From an uncultured Pirellulaceae bacterium (GTDB lineage: Bacteria > Planctomycetota > Planctomycetia > Pirellulales > Pirellulaceae), in assembly GCA_964479855.1 (NCBI GenBank), contig CAYZPA010000011.1, positions 15,406 to 79,405 of the forward strand: DNA of 64,000 nt, read 5' to 3'. The notes beneath the pieces were generated by a model. The model was not told the origin of the DNA, made no database searches, and saw nothing but the letters and a program-made list of their open reading frames with translations. This document shows, in pieces, positions 10,072 to 19,660 of the stretch (the stretch's first letter is position 1; each line of letters opens with the position of its first letter). Position numbers and translations under genes: made by a program.

Positions 10072-11331
10072 ATGCCAAAGACACCAGAAAAATTCCAGTT
10101 CAGACTTCTCGACCAAAGTGGAGCGAATATTTGCGGTTCCGGAGTCATGGGCTCGATTGGTTTTTCTCAAAACTACTATGGGAAGCTGACAGATTCAGAT
10201 GAACTGGTTGACGCCATTCGCAAGGTCCTCGCTGGCAGCGAGCTCGACAATCAGAAACTAACCGAACGACAAAGCTGCTTAATGCGGTCTTTCCTCATCG
10301 CTTGGCTTTCAGGAAAGTCAAAGAAACTAGGTGCTGTTCTCAGCTTTGCCGTTGAGCTACCTGAAAGCACTCTGTTTTTAGCACAGGTCGGATTTTTGGA
10401 TCGCGCCGCGACCAAAGTTGCGTCAGGCGTGCTGTTAGTCGCAAGCGTCGTGATCTTCCTTGATGCTACATGGGACATGATTTCGACCGACCTCGCCTCC
10501 CTAAGCGGACCCGAGACCGTTAATTTCATTGCGTCACAAGTCGCCAGCGAGGCAGCTCTGCTTGCGATACCCGAAAGGGTGTTTTTCAAGATCGACAATA
10601 CCTTTGGCAAGCCCGGGGAACCGTTGCCGCGTTCTCGATTCTCTTCTGAACCTATCGAATCGATGCTTCGGCTCTGCAAGTTTCGATCGCTGATCGATCA
10701 TTGCCGTTGCGACGACAATCTGCACCACTACGCAGTTTCCAAACTTGATTCACGAATTGCAGCACTTTTCATTGCCAATAGTCGACAGATCGAAGGTCTC
10801 GCATTAAACGGTGCGTCGGAGGCTTCTGCCGCAGTTGCTGCCACTGCCGCAATTTCACTTGGCTTGAGCAGCTTGCCAGAATCGAATGAAATACTGAAGT
10901 CACTCCAAAAATCAATATCGATGATCGACTGCGAGGACCGAAAGCATGAGGCAACCAGAACGCTATCTGCAATTCTGGCCACGATGGGCGATGACCTCAC
11001 TTCCATCGAAAGACAGCTCAATCGCCAGCTCGCATCGGCAACTGCCACAGAAGCACTCGACCTTCTGGCGACGCCGGTTGAACTATCCTTTCGGCTTATG
11101 GGCCTCGTTGCCGGAACGATGGAATCCGCAGCACCTACCGGTCATTTCAAAACCGTTTTTGTCACTTTGAAAAACGGTTTCCAGCTTGCACAAAAGTCAG
11201 CGGATGCGACTCCCAATTTGCTGGCGTCTGCACTCGACAGCGGCATTTCAGTCGAATCGTGGACTCGAAAAACGATCAGCAATATGTGGCCTTTTTCAAA
11301 ATCGACTGACGGGAATGAGAGGACGACGTGA
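10072..11331 (+). CDS. Hypothetical protein, mostly helical, with one possible TM segment
   Basis: 419-aa ORF filling the gap between proB and dnaB; no recognisable motif. Confidence 0.6.
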   Translation: MPKTPEKFQFRLLDQSGANICGSGVMGSIGFSQNYYGKLTDSDELVDAIRKVLAGSELDNQKLTERQSCLMRSFLIAWLSGKSKKLGAVLSFAVELPESTLFLAQVGFLDRAATKVASGVLLVASVVIFLDATWDMISTDLASLSGPETVNFIASQVASEAALLAIPERVFFKIDNTFGKPGEPLPRSRFSSEPIESMLRLCKFRSLIDHCRCDDNLHHYAVSKLDSRIAALFIANSRQIEGLALNGASEASAAVAATAAISLGLSSLPESNEILKSLQKSISMIDCEDRKHEATRTLSAILATMGDDLTSIERQLNRQLASATATEALDLLATPVELSFRLMGLVAGTMESAAPTGHFKTVFVTLKNGFQLAQKSADATPNLLASALDSGISVESWTRKTISNMWPFSKSTDGNERTT

Positions 11332-11431
11332 GCCCATGGGCCAACCGGCACTGCAAAACCGGACCCATCCGATTTTGATCGATCCTGAGCCATGCATTGA
11401 GCCAAGTCGCTGATCCAGACGTGTCACGTCG

Positions 11432-12859
11432 TCAGAACGAGGGTTGAGGAACGTTGTCGAATTCGTTGTAGCGTTCGGGAGCACGATCCGAGAAACGTGT
11501 GAAGTCACGTTCCCAAAGTAGCTCAACGTCTCCGGTAGGACCAGAACGTTGTTTTTCGATAATAATGACCGCATCGTTCATCGTTTCTGCCTCTTCGGGA
11601 GTTCCCTTTTTGTAGTAACTCTCGCGATGGACAAACATCACCACGTCAGCATCCTGCTCGATCGCACCCGATTCGCGAAGGTGGCTAAGTTTCGGACGAT
11701 GGTCGCCCGAGCCTTCCGTTTGACGATTTAACTGCGAAAGACAAAGGATCGGAACCTTCAACTCACGAGCCAGCCCCTTCAGTCGACGCGCCATCTTCGC
11801 AACCTGTTCCTGCCGTGGATCATTTGCACTGTCGGGCTGCAACAGTTGCAAATAGTCAATCACGATCAGGGCCAGACCTCCTTCGCGACGAAGAATTCGA
11901 CGAGCCGCACCCGCAATTTCGGACACGTTACGCGTGGGCGAATCATCAATAAACAGTGGAGCATCCGCAATTTTACCTGCGGTATCAACAAATCGTTTTC
12001 GATCATCATGAGCAAGCGTTCCGTTGCGTAAACGGTGACCGTTAACACGGGCGCAAGAACAAAGCATTCGCTCGATCAATTCGATCGCAGCCATTTCGAG
12101 GCTTACGAACAGAACAGGTTGCTTGGATTTCAAGACCACGTTCTCTGCAATGTTCATCGCAAAGGCGGTCTTTCCCATCGAAGGCCGCGCCGCAAGAATC
12201 AACAATTCGGAAGCGTGCAAGCCGCCAGTCATCTTGTCCAGGTCCTTAAAATGAGTCTCAACCGTTCCCTCCTGAGCCTCACCTCGCATCCGGGCGTCGA
12301 ATCGATCCATCGCCAAATCCAGCACCTCACGGATCGAAGTCAGGTTGCTGGACTGACGACTCTCTCGCATCGCAAACACTTTTTGCTCGGCCGCGTTGAG
12401 CAGTTCATTCGGATCCGTTTCAGGCAGAAACGCATCGTTCAATAAATCCGAGCACGTGTCGATCAGGTTCCGTGCAGTCGCTTTGTTGCGAACGATATTT
12501 GCATAATATTGAACGTGAGCAGCGTGAGGCACCGTGGTCAAAATCTCAGCCAACCTCGCCGCACCGCCAACGATCTCATCTTCACCGCTGGCCTCCAACT
12601 TGTTCCGCAACAAAAGGAGATCGATCTTTTCACCTTTATTGTGCAGCTCCATCATGTGGCGAAAAATGATCGCGTGAGCTTCATCGTAGAAATCTTCCGC
12701 TCGCAATATCGTCACGATGTCGTCGCAAGCGTCCGGCGTCAGCATCAGGCTACCCAAGACCCCGGATTCGGCTTCAAGGTTGTAAGGCAGTTGCCGATCC
12801 GCTTCGGATACCTTTTTCTTTTTTTTGCGGCGATTGCGGTCAAAAAATTCGTCAGACAT
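11432..12859 (-). CDS. dnaB: Replicative DNA helicase
   Basis: LPYNLEAESGVLG, LAARPSMGKTAFA, IVIDYLQL, LSQLNR, LRESGAIEQDADVV. Likely start MSDEFF at 12859. Confidence 0.97.
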   Translation of the reverse strand: MSDEFFDRNRRKKKKKVSEADRQLPYNLEAESGVLGSLMLTPDACDDIVTILRAEDFYDEAHAIIFRHMMELHNKGEKIDLLLLRNKLEASGEDEIVGGAARLAEILTTVPHAAHVQYYANIVRNKATARNLIDTCSDLLNDAFLPETDPNELLNAAEQKVFAMRESRQSSNLTSIREVLDLAMDRFDARMRGEAQEGTVETHFKDLDKMTGGLHASELLILAARPSMGKTAFAMNIAENVVLKSKQPVLFVSLEMAAIELIERMLCSCARVNGHRLRNGTLAHDDRKRFVDTAGKIADAPLFIDDSPTRNVSEIAGAARRILRREGGLALIVIDYLQLLQPDSANDPRQEQVAKMARRLKGLARELKVPILCLSQLNRQTEGSGDHRPKLSHLRESGAIEQDADVVMFVHRESYYKKGTPEEAETMNDAVIIIEKQRSGPTGDVELLWERDFTRFSDRAPERYNEFDNVPQPSF

Positions 12860-13181
12860 AAGCGTTTTCGGTGCTGAAATTTTGCTTTGATGATCAGGTT
12901 CAAGCATTGAACCGAGCACGTTCGTTTTTAAAGGGTTCACCAAGTCATGGCAATGATCCATTTGAGAATTGAACCCAATGGATCACCTTTAGATTCCAAA
13001 CTTTTCTGCTTGACGGGTTGTCGACTACCAAGTGACATTTCTTCCACAAGCAATCGCGTCAGACCAGAATCGTTTCAGGCTGGGCATGAAAAAAGGATGC
13101 GAAAATCGCATCCTCTTTTTTATTCGATATGGCGAATTTTTAACCGTTCGCTTAGTGGTTTGTGACAACTTAATTGCAGGG

Positions 13182-13245
13182 TGAGCCGTTTTGGCGATAG
13201 CCACGGTTCCACGCACAAAACCGGGGCTATCGCCCAAACGGCTCA
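13182..13245. repeat. Long palindromic REP-like dyad between rplI and dnaB
   Basis: 27-bp arms TGAGCCGTTTTGGCGATAGCCACGGTT and AACCGGGGCTATCGCCCAAACGGCTCA, 25/27 complementary, with a 10-bp spacer. Confidence 0.85.
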
Positions 13246-13280
13246 GGATTGAAACCCCGCTTTTTAGCCGAGACAGACCG

Positions 13281-13817
13281 CTAGTTCTCTTCGACAGTTG
13301 GAACAACCCAAACCTTGAGTTCGGCTTCGATTTCCTGATGAAGATGAACTTTCACAGTGTAAAGTCCGAGCTCCTTCAAAACACCTTCCAAGCGAATTTG
13401 ATCCGCAGTCAAATCGATGTTGCTCTGCTTCAACGAAGCGACAATCTCTGGAGCTCCAACACTTCCGTAAAGATGCCCTTCTTCGTTCGCGTTGGCTTCG
13501 ATCGTGACGCTCTGCTTGGCGATCAGTTTCGCCAAATCGCGAAGATCCTTCAGACGCGCCTGCTCGATTTCCTGCAGCTTCGCACGGTGCTTTTCAACCA
13601 TTCGCTTGTGGTGGTCGCTGGCTACCGTTGCCAAGCCTTGCGGCAAAAGATAATTGTTTGCGTAGCCACGCTTAACAGTGACAACATCGCCTTGTTTCCC
13701 AAGGTGATCAATTGACTGAATCAGCAGCAGCTCAACGCCACCCTGACTGGAACTAGTCGTTCGAGCCGCGTTGCCTGGACGGGTACGCTTCTGCTTCTTC
13801 ATTTTCGTGCTAGGCAT
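13281..13817 (-). CDS. rplI: 50S ribosomal protein L9
   Basis: LGKQGDVVTVKRGYANNYLLPQG, GHLYGSVG, LKELGLYTVKVHLH. Confidence 0.97.
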   Translation of the reverse strand: MPSTKMKKQKRTRPGNAARTTSSSQGGVELLLIQSIDHLGKQGDVVTVKRGYANNYLLPQGLATVASDHHKRMVEKHRAKLQEIEQARLKDLRDLAKLIAKQSVTIEANANEEGHLYGSVGAPEIVASLKQSNIDLTADQIRLEGVLKELGLYTVKVHLHQEIEAELKVWVVPTVEEN

Positions 13818-13889
13818 AGGATTGTATGTGGTTTGAGTATTACTAATGGGTTGTTTTAAACTGTTTGGATTCGAAACGCATGTTCTGTA

Positions 13890-14351
13890 CTAGAACGGAA
13901 CATCGTCTCCCGGTGGCGGCGTCGACGGTGCAGGAGCAGGTGACGCCGATGGAGCAGCAGCGGACGGTGTCGACTGCCGGTAGGACGAACCCTGAGACGA
14001 ATCGCCTGAAGAGCCACCTCCGCTTTTGCCGCCAAGCATCTGCATCTTCTCACCGACGACTTTCACTTTGGACCGCTTGCTGCCGTCCTCCTGACTCCAG
14101 GTCTCGTACTTCAGCCGACCTTCGATCAGCACGGCGGAACCTTTTGAAAGGTACTCGCCTGCAACTTCGGCGGTGCGTCCCCAGAGAGTGATGTCGAAGA
14201 AATTCACTTCGTCGACCCACTCCTCGTTTCGCTTAACCCGCTCGTTAACCGCCAGACCGATATCCGTGACCGCAGTCCCCTGCGGCGTGCGCCGAAGTTC
14301 TACGTCTCGAGTCAGATTGCCGACAAGAATTACGCGATTGAAGCTGGCCAT
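13890..14351 (-). CDS. ssb: Single-stranded DNA-binding protein
   Basis: [21 protein letters not shown]-terminal DDVPF. Confidence 0.98.
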   Translation of the reverse strand: MASFNRVILVGNLTRDVELRRTPQGTAVTDIGLAVNERVKRNEEWVDEVNFFDITLWGRTAEVAGEYLSKGSAVLIEGRLKYETWSQEDGSKRSKVKVVGEKMQMLGGKSGGGSSGDSSQGSSYRQSTPSAAAPSASPAPAPSTPPPGDDVPF

Positions 14352-14454
14352 GATTTATCTCCTGGTGAGTGAAATTGACACGCTTGTCGAATCGTCAGCA
14401 AATCAATTTGGTTGCTGATCACATCATAAACGTGCCCAAGACACATCTGGTCAC

Positions 14455-14868
14455 TTACTCCGCAGCGGCTGTCTTTTCTTCGGTTTTTTCAGCTGCCGCT
14501 TCAGTTACTGGAGCTTCCTCTTCAGCAACAACGGGAACTTCTCCCTTGGCGACGGCAACCATCGGATCAACGAGTCTTGGTTCGAGTTTAACGAACAAGT
14601 GTCGCAGAATCGAGTCGTTCAGCTGGGTCGAACGATTAAGCTTCGTCAAACGCGAGCTTTCCACTCGGGCATAAGTCAACCAGTAGGCTCCTTTGCGGTG
14701 CCCTTTGATAGGAAAGGCGAGCTTTTGCTCGTTCCAAAGTCGACTGGCAAGAATCTCGCCGTCCACTGATTCGATCAGTTCCTCAACTGCCTTGGAAGCA
14801 GCCGCCGGATTTCTCGCAAAAGCGTTGGCATTAAAAATGAACATGCATTCGTAGACGTTTTCGGCCAC
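14455..14868 (-). CDS. rpsF: 30S ribosomal protein S6
   Basis: YECMFIF, WNEQKLAFPIKGHRKGAYWL, LNDSILRHL. GTG start at 14868 with AGAGGA upstream. Confidence 0.95.
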   Translation of the reverse strand: MAENVYECMFIFNANAFARNPAAASKAVEELIESVDGEILASRLWNEQKLAFPIKGHRKGAYWLTYARVESSRLTKLNRSTQLNDSILRHLFVKLEPRLVDPMVAVAKGEVPVVAEEEAPVTEAAAEKTEEKTAAAE

Positions 14869-14902
14869 GGTTATCCTCTGGTATCGATCAATTAGTTTCA
14901 GT

Positions 14903-15556
14903 TTATTCGTCGTCATCCCGAAGCTGTTTTTTCTCAGCGTCGGACTTCATCTTCTTCTTGCCAATCGGCTTCTTGTCTGATTTTGCATTCGGGTTGGCAT
15001 TGAATTGATTCATGGTCGCCAGAATTCCGTTTTTGACCCAGAATTCGACCGCCTTGGCTGCTTCCGCAACCGAATCTTTGACCAATGCACGGTCCAAATC
15101 ATCAAACTTGCCAAGAACGTAATCCGCCGTATTAAAGTGGGCTGGCGGTTTGCCGATCCCAAGTCGCAGCCGAGGAAATTCCTGACTGCCAACACGATTG
15201 ATTATGTCCTTGATTCCGTTCTGACCTCCCGCTGAACCTTTCGCTCGCAAGCGAATCCGTCCAACCTCCAGATTGAGATCATCACAAATCACCATCAGGT
15301 CTTCCAAATCCAGTTTGAAAAAATCGATGGCAGCTCGAACGGTCTGGCCGCTCAAATTCATATAAGTCAGCGGAGTCACCAACATCACTTTCGTGGTGCC
15401 GATCATGACTTCGTTAACGTTAGCCTTGAACTTTGATTTCGAACGCTCGCCAAAAGCAAACTTTTGATTAAGCGACTCGATGACATCAAAGCCAACATTG
15501 TGGCGGGTCCCTTGATACTGGGAGCCCGGATTTCCGAGGCCGACAACAATTTTCAT
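14903..15556 (-). CDS. pth: Peptidyl-tRNA hydrolase
   Basis: MKIVVGLGNPG..Y..TRHNVGF, TYMNLSG, GSAGGQNG, RLRLGIG. Confidence 0.97.
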   Translation of the reverse strand: MKIVVGLGNPGSQYQGTRHNVGFDVIESLNQKFAFGERSKSKFKANVNEVMIGTTKVMLVTPLTYMNLSGQTVRAAIDFFKLDLEDLMVICDDLNLEVGRIRLRAKGSAGGQNGIKDIINRVGSQEFPRLRLGIGKPPAHFNTADYVLGKFDDLDRALVKDSVAEAAKAVEFWVKNGILATMNQFNANPNAKSDKKPIGKKKMKSDAEKKQLRDDDE

Positions 15557-15653
15557 GGATTCAAATTCTGTCGTCGGCTTTTCTCTTAAACCAAAAACCC
15601 TGAGAAACCAATTCAAATGCACTCAACGCCTTCAATTCAAGACCATAGTTCGA

Positions 15654-16277
15654 CTACTCAGCCCCTTCTTCGCCCGGCCCCTTGCCAATGACTTCAGGCT
15701 CAGTCGCAGCGTCTTCACCGTCATCCGTCTTGGCGCCGCGAGGAGCCGCACATGTGATCAGCGTTTCAGCCGCATCGGTCACGTATTCAGCACCGGCTGG
15801 GATCGCGACATCGGCGACAGTAATTGAACCGTCGAGCTGCAATTCGTCGATGCTGACTTCCAGAAAGTCTGGCAGAACATTTGCTGGGCACATGATTTTG
15901 ATTTCATGGCCAACCTGAGTGACGATGCCGCCCATGTTCGAACCGGGAGCTTCCCCTTTTACGTTCAGCGGGAGCGTCGCTTCGACCTTTTCAGTTGCAT
16001 CAACACGTGCCAAATCAAGATGCAAAATTCGTGAGCCGAATGCGTCCCACTGCACCTCTTTGATCATTGCGGTTTCACTAACGGCACCGCTGAGGGCGAC
16101 AATGTAGTGACCGTGATCGACCATTTTACGCACATGACGCTGGTCGACCTTCAAATTCAGGCATTCCTGACCGTGGCCATAAAGAACAGCAGGGACCATA
16201 CCGGCCTGACGCATACGACGCATACGCAGCGTTCCTGTTTCTTCGCGCTTTTCTACTTTTAGTGCTTCTGCTGACAC
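15654..16277 (-). CDS. rplY: 50S ribosomal protein L25 (Ctc type)
   Basis: RRMRQAGMVPAVLYGHG, IKEVQWD..ILHLDL, C-terminal EPEVIGKG. GTG start at 16277 is inferred. Confidence 0.95.
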   Translation of the reverse strand: MSAEALKVEKREETGTLRMRRMRQAGMVPAVLYGHGQECLNLKVDQRHVRKMVDHGHYIVALSGAVSETAMIKEVQWDAFGSRILHLDLARVDATEKVEATLPLNVKGEAPGSNMGGIVTQVGHEIKIMCPANVLPDFLEVSIDELQLDGSITVADVAIPAGAEYVTDAAETLITCAAPRGAKTDDGEDAATEPEVIGKGPGEEGAE

Positions 16278-16626
16278 GTTTCGAACCTGTAAACAATCAA
16301 TGTTTCGTTTGCTAGATCGGGAACCACACCTGCTCAAGGCCGAGGATGCAAAGTTGAACCTGCATCCCTGAAAAAACTTGGTGTGATATCGACGAATTCT
16401 AGACAATTCGGCGAAATGGGCTCCGGCAGGGCACAAATTCCCCCCGCTTCGATCTGTAATCGGGCAATTTTGCCAGAATCAAGGCGCTTTTCAACCCCAA
16501 ACCTTGCTCTATCGGAAAATCAGGGCGTGGTTGCTTAATTTTTGGTGATCCGGGTTCCGTTCTTTCAGTTGTCGGCCGAATTGGTAACATGCACGCCCAA
16601 TGAGCAATTTATAGTTACGGATTTCG

Positions 16627-16962
16627 ATGGCTAAAAAGAAACCTGTTAAGAAACGCGTAAAATTCGAGTACGTCGAACCGATCGGCTTGCGAGTGCTGGT
16701 TCGCAAGGACGAACCCAAAAAGGAAACCAAAGGCGGAATCGCACTGCCAGACTCTGCAGAAATCCCAACTATCACAGGTCGCATTGTCACGATCTCTGCC
16801 GCTATCGAACACGACGAAGATTTGCCCTTGCGCCAGTACGACAAAGTGCTTTTTCATCCCGGAAATGCGATTCCAGTCGATTTTGAATCCGACAACCACC
16901 TTTTCGTCGTTCCCGCAGAAGACGTCGTGGCCGTGTTTCGTCGGGAGGAAAGGCCCGAATAG
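16627..16962 (+). CDS. groES: Co-chaperonin GroES-family protein (orphan)
   Basis: EPIGLRVLVR, ETKGGIALPDSA mobile loop; no adjacent groEL. Confidence 0.85.
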   Translation: MAKKKPVKKRVKFEYVEPIGLRVLVRKDEPKKETKGGIALPDSAEIPTITGRIVTISAAIEHDEDLPLRQYDKVLFHPGNAIPVDFESDNHLFVVPAEDVVAVFRREERPE

Positions 16963-17018
16963 AAAGGCTGCTGGCGAACGCGACTTGGGGCCCCTACACG
17001 TGAAATGGATCGAAGTTC

Positions 17019-17840
17019 CTACTCAACAACGATTCCGCTGTAGTCTGATTCGGCTGGCGGATACTGAGGATCCAAATCCTCGAGCACGGACTTCAGCAGT
17101 TGGCTGATCACCAAATTTCGGTACCACTTTTTGTCCGAAGGAATAATGTGCCACGGCGAATGATCCGTGTTGCATTTAGCCAAAGCGTCCTCATACGCTG
17201 ATTGATACTGTGACCACAGTTTTCGCTCTGCCAGGTCGCCCGGGTTGAATTTCCAGTTCTTTTCCGGCACATCGACTCGCTCCTGAAGTCTTTCTCGCTG
17301 CGTTTCCTTTGAGATATGCAGAAAACATTTTACGACTCGCGTCCCCGTATCGGACAGCAACTTTTCAAAATCATTGATCGTTTCGTAGCGTGTTTTCCAA
17401 ACAGATTCGGGAACCAAAGAGTGAACCCGAACGATCAGCACTTCCTCGTAGTGCGAACGGTTGAAGATCCCAATGTTTCCTTTCGCCGGCACCGCCTTAT
17501 GACAGCGCCACAGGAAATCGTGATCCAGCTCTTCGGCGGAAGGTTTCTTGAACGAGGTCACCTGGCAACTGGTTGGATTCATGCCTCGCATCACGGAACG
17601 AATCGTTCCGTCTTTTCCAGCAGTATCCATTCCTTGCAGCACCAGTAATATTCCACGCTTGTTTTCCGCGTAGAGTCGTTTGGCCATTTCCGCCATTTCG
17701 ACAGCATTAAGAGCAATCCGTTTTACTGCTGCCTTTTTGCCAAACGCAATTCCATCCACTGGACCGCTGGGAATGTCTTTTAGCTTTACCTTCGAACCCG
17801 GCTTAAAGACATGAGGCTTGGCAACTTTAAATCTCGACAT
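17019..17840 (-). CDS. ppk2: Polyphosphate kinase 2 family, single-domain nucleotide phosphotransferase
   Basis: LQGMDTAGKDGTI, DHDFLWR, FNRSHYEEVL, WHIIPSDKKWYRN. Confidence 0.93.
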   Translation of the reverse strand: MSRFKVAKPHVFKPGSKVKLKDIPSGPVDGIAFGKKAAVKRIALNAVEMAEMAKRLYAENKRGILLVLQGMDTAGKDGTIRSVMRGMNPTSCQVTSFKKPSAEELDHDFLWRCHKAVPAKGNIGIFNRSHYEEVLIVRVHSLVPESVWKTRYETINDFEKLLSDTGTRVVKCFLHISKETQRERLQERVDVPEKNWKFNPGDLAERKLWSQYQSAYEDALAKCNTDHSPWHIIPSDKKWYRNLVISQLLKSVLEDLDPQYPPAESDYSGIVVE

Positions 17841-17866
17841 GGTAATCCTGAAGTCTGGGAGCTCTT

Positions 17867-19660
17867 TTACAAGGTGTCAGGGGATTGCCCTGGCCGAACG
17901 GCGGCAAAAATCTCATCAATTGTCTCGTCATCGTATTCACGAGCCAGATTTTGCTTTCGCTTCTCTTCATCTTCTTCCAAAACACGTTGCGGCACAAAGG
18001 CTTTTTCCGCCAGCAAATCCCTGGCTGCAATCCAAAAGCAAACGAGAAACAACGGAACCGCCAGAACCGTGATGATGCTCAGCTCTCCAGCCACCGTTTC
18101 CGCGCCTCGATCTGCCGCAAGGGCTTGAATGCGATACCAGTTGAACAACTGGCTGGGTTCAAAGCCACCCGATGAACTGTTGAAAACGTACGGATCAATC
18201 GTGTAAGAGCCAACCGTGACCAAAAAGACCATCGCCACCGCAATGATTGCCATCAGCAAAAAGAACGGCTCTCGAAACATTCGTCCTCGAGCGACTAAAC
18301 GTGAGAACAAAAACAGGACCGAGAAAAACAACAGGAAGTAAATCCAGTTCGCGAAAATTCCGCCCAAAGCTCTACGGCAATCGGTTGCACTAAATGTGTT
18401 TCGTGATCCAAAAGTTTCACTGGACTCAAAATCTCGCTGAAACAGGTCGTTTCCAAGCGCGAGAACGGCAAGGCAAACCGCGACTGAAAATGCCGCCCCC
18501 ACCGTGAACAAATAGGCCCGCCCCGGTCCCGGCATGAACAGCGAAACAACGGAACGCTTAAGAAATCCGCTCGGCAAAGTTCGGCGTACTCGCGGCGACA
18601 ACCCCGAATGGCAACCCACCATCATCGCTCCCACCAATAACCAATACTGCATGGCAAAGCACGAAGCGACCATAAATCCCTGCTCGTGAAACCCCGTCAT
18701 GCTACAGATCGCAATATACCACGCCAAAAACAAAACCGTTTGAATCAGCAACACGACTCGAATCATCGTGGAACGATTACTGGACGGAAATGAAATCTGA
18801 GCCGCCGCTGCTACGAACAGAAGCAGTGCGGTCGAAAGCCAACCCGCCAACGGGCCGAATGCGATGACCGAGAACCCTTCCATCAGCACCCCGGCGGGCT
18901 CGAAACAAATCCCATAGGCCAACATGCACCACCAGAACGAAACGATCGCCAGTGCCATAATCAGCAACAGCGATAGCCCCTGGCCTGTGCGCCGCGTCTT
19001 CGCACCGCCAGCCAGTCCAATCGCTGCACAACAAAGACCAAACGAAGTCACCACCGCCAGCGAAATGGACATCAAAATCTGAGTCACATCCACGCCGCGA
19101 AGCAAATAGCAAAACGAGATACATGGCCCCAGCACAGCCAAATACACCAGCACCTGTAACATCGCGCTACCGAGTTTCCCGGCAACGATCTGATAGGGCC
19201 TCATTGTTGTGATCAGGATCATCTGGATCGTGCCGTCTTCGTACTCTTGAGCCAACGATCGAAAGGTCGTGAACGGAATAATCAAACAAAGCGGCAATCC
19301 CAACACGTACAGAAAACCATGCAGGGTATAGGCTCCCAACGAATCAACCGAGTAGTTATCCCGGCCCGGCGAAAGCGCGTAAAAAGTCCAAAGTGCCACC
19401 AAAACGATCAGCACCATGAACGTCAAAAAGAACTGCCGACTCTTGATCGCCTGTCGAGTTTCCTTGACCAGAATCGAACTGCAAAAATCGCTGAACCGAT
19501 CCTGAAAGGATTCGAATTGATTGCGACTTTCGCGAGCCACAACATACTGATGGCCAGCGTTGGGCATATCTCCAGCCATCGCACCGCCAATCGCCGGGAT
19601 CGGTCCGGAGTTTGACGTCTCACCACCGGGCAATTTTTCTGTTTCGCTTTTTCCGCTCAT
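17867..19660 (-). CDS. ABC transporter permease (planctomycete ABC-2 type)
   Basis: ILVKETRQAIKSRQF, FRSLAQEYEDGTIQMILITTM..QIVAGKLGSA, many TM helices; overlaps the ATPase gene by 4 nt. Confidence 0.85.
   Translation of the reverse strand: MSGKSETEKLPGGETSNSGPIPAIGGAMAGDMPNAGHQYVVARESRNQFESFQDRFSDFCSSILVKETRQAIKSRQFFLTFMVLIVLVALWTFYALSPGRDNYSVDSLGAYTLHGFLYVLGLPLCLIIPFTTFRSLAQEYEDGTIQMILITTMRPYQIVAGKLGSAMLQVLVYLAVLGPCISFCYLLRGVDVTQILMSISLAVVTSFGLCCAAIGLAGGAKTRRTGQGLSLLLIMALAIVSFWWCMLAYGICFEPAGVLMEGFSVIAFGPLAGWLSTALLLFVAAAAQISFPSSNRSTMIRVVLLIQTVLFLAWYIAICSMTGFHEQGFMVASCFAMQYWLLVGAMMVGCHSGLSPRVRRTLPSGFLKRSVVSLFMPGPGRAYLFTVGAAFSVAVCLAVLALGNDLFQRDFESSETFGSRNTFSATDCRRALGGIFANWIYFLLFFSVLFLFSRLVARGRMFREPFFLLMAIIAVAMVFLVTVGSYTIDPYVFNSSSGGFEPSQLFNWYRIQALAADRGAETVAGELSIITVLAVPLFLVCFWIAARDLLAEKAFVPQRVLEEDEEKRKQNLAREYDDETIDEIFAAVRPGQSPDTL

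Noticed and set aside
11432-12961. Intein in DnaB or a long N-terminal extension
   Set aside because: The length and motif spacing are normal; the ORF-track extension upstream of 12859 is probably untranslated.
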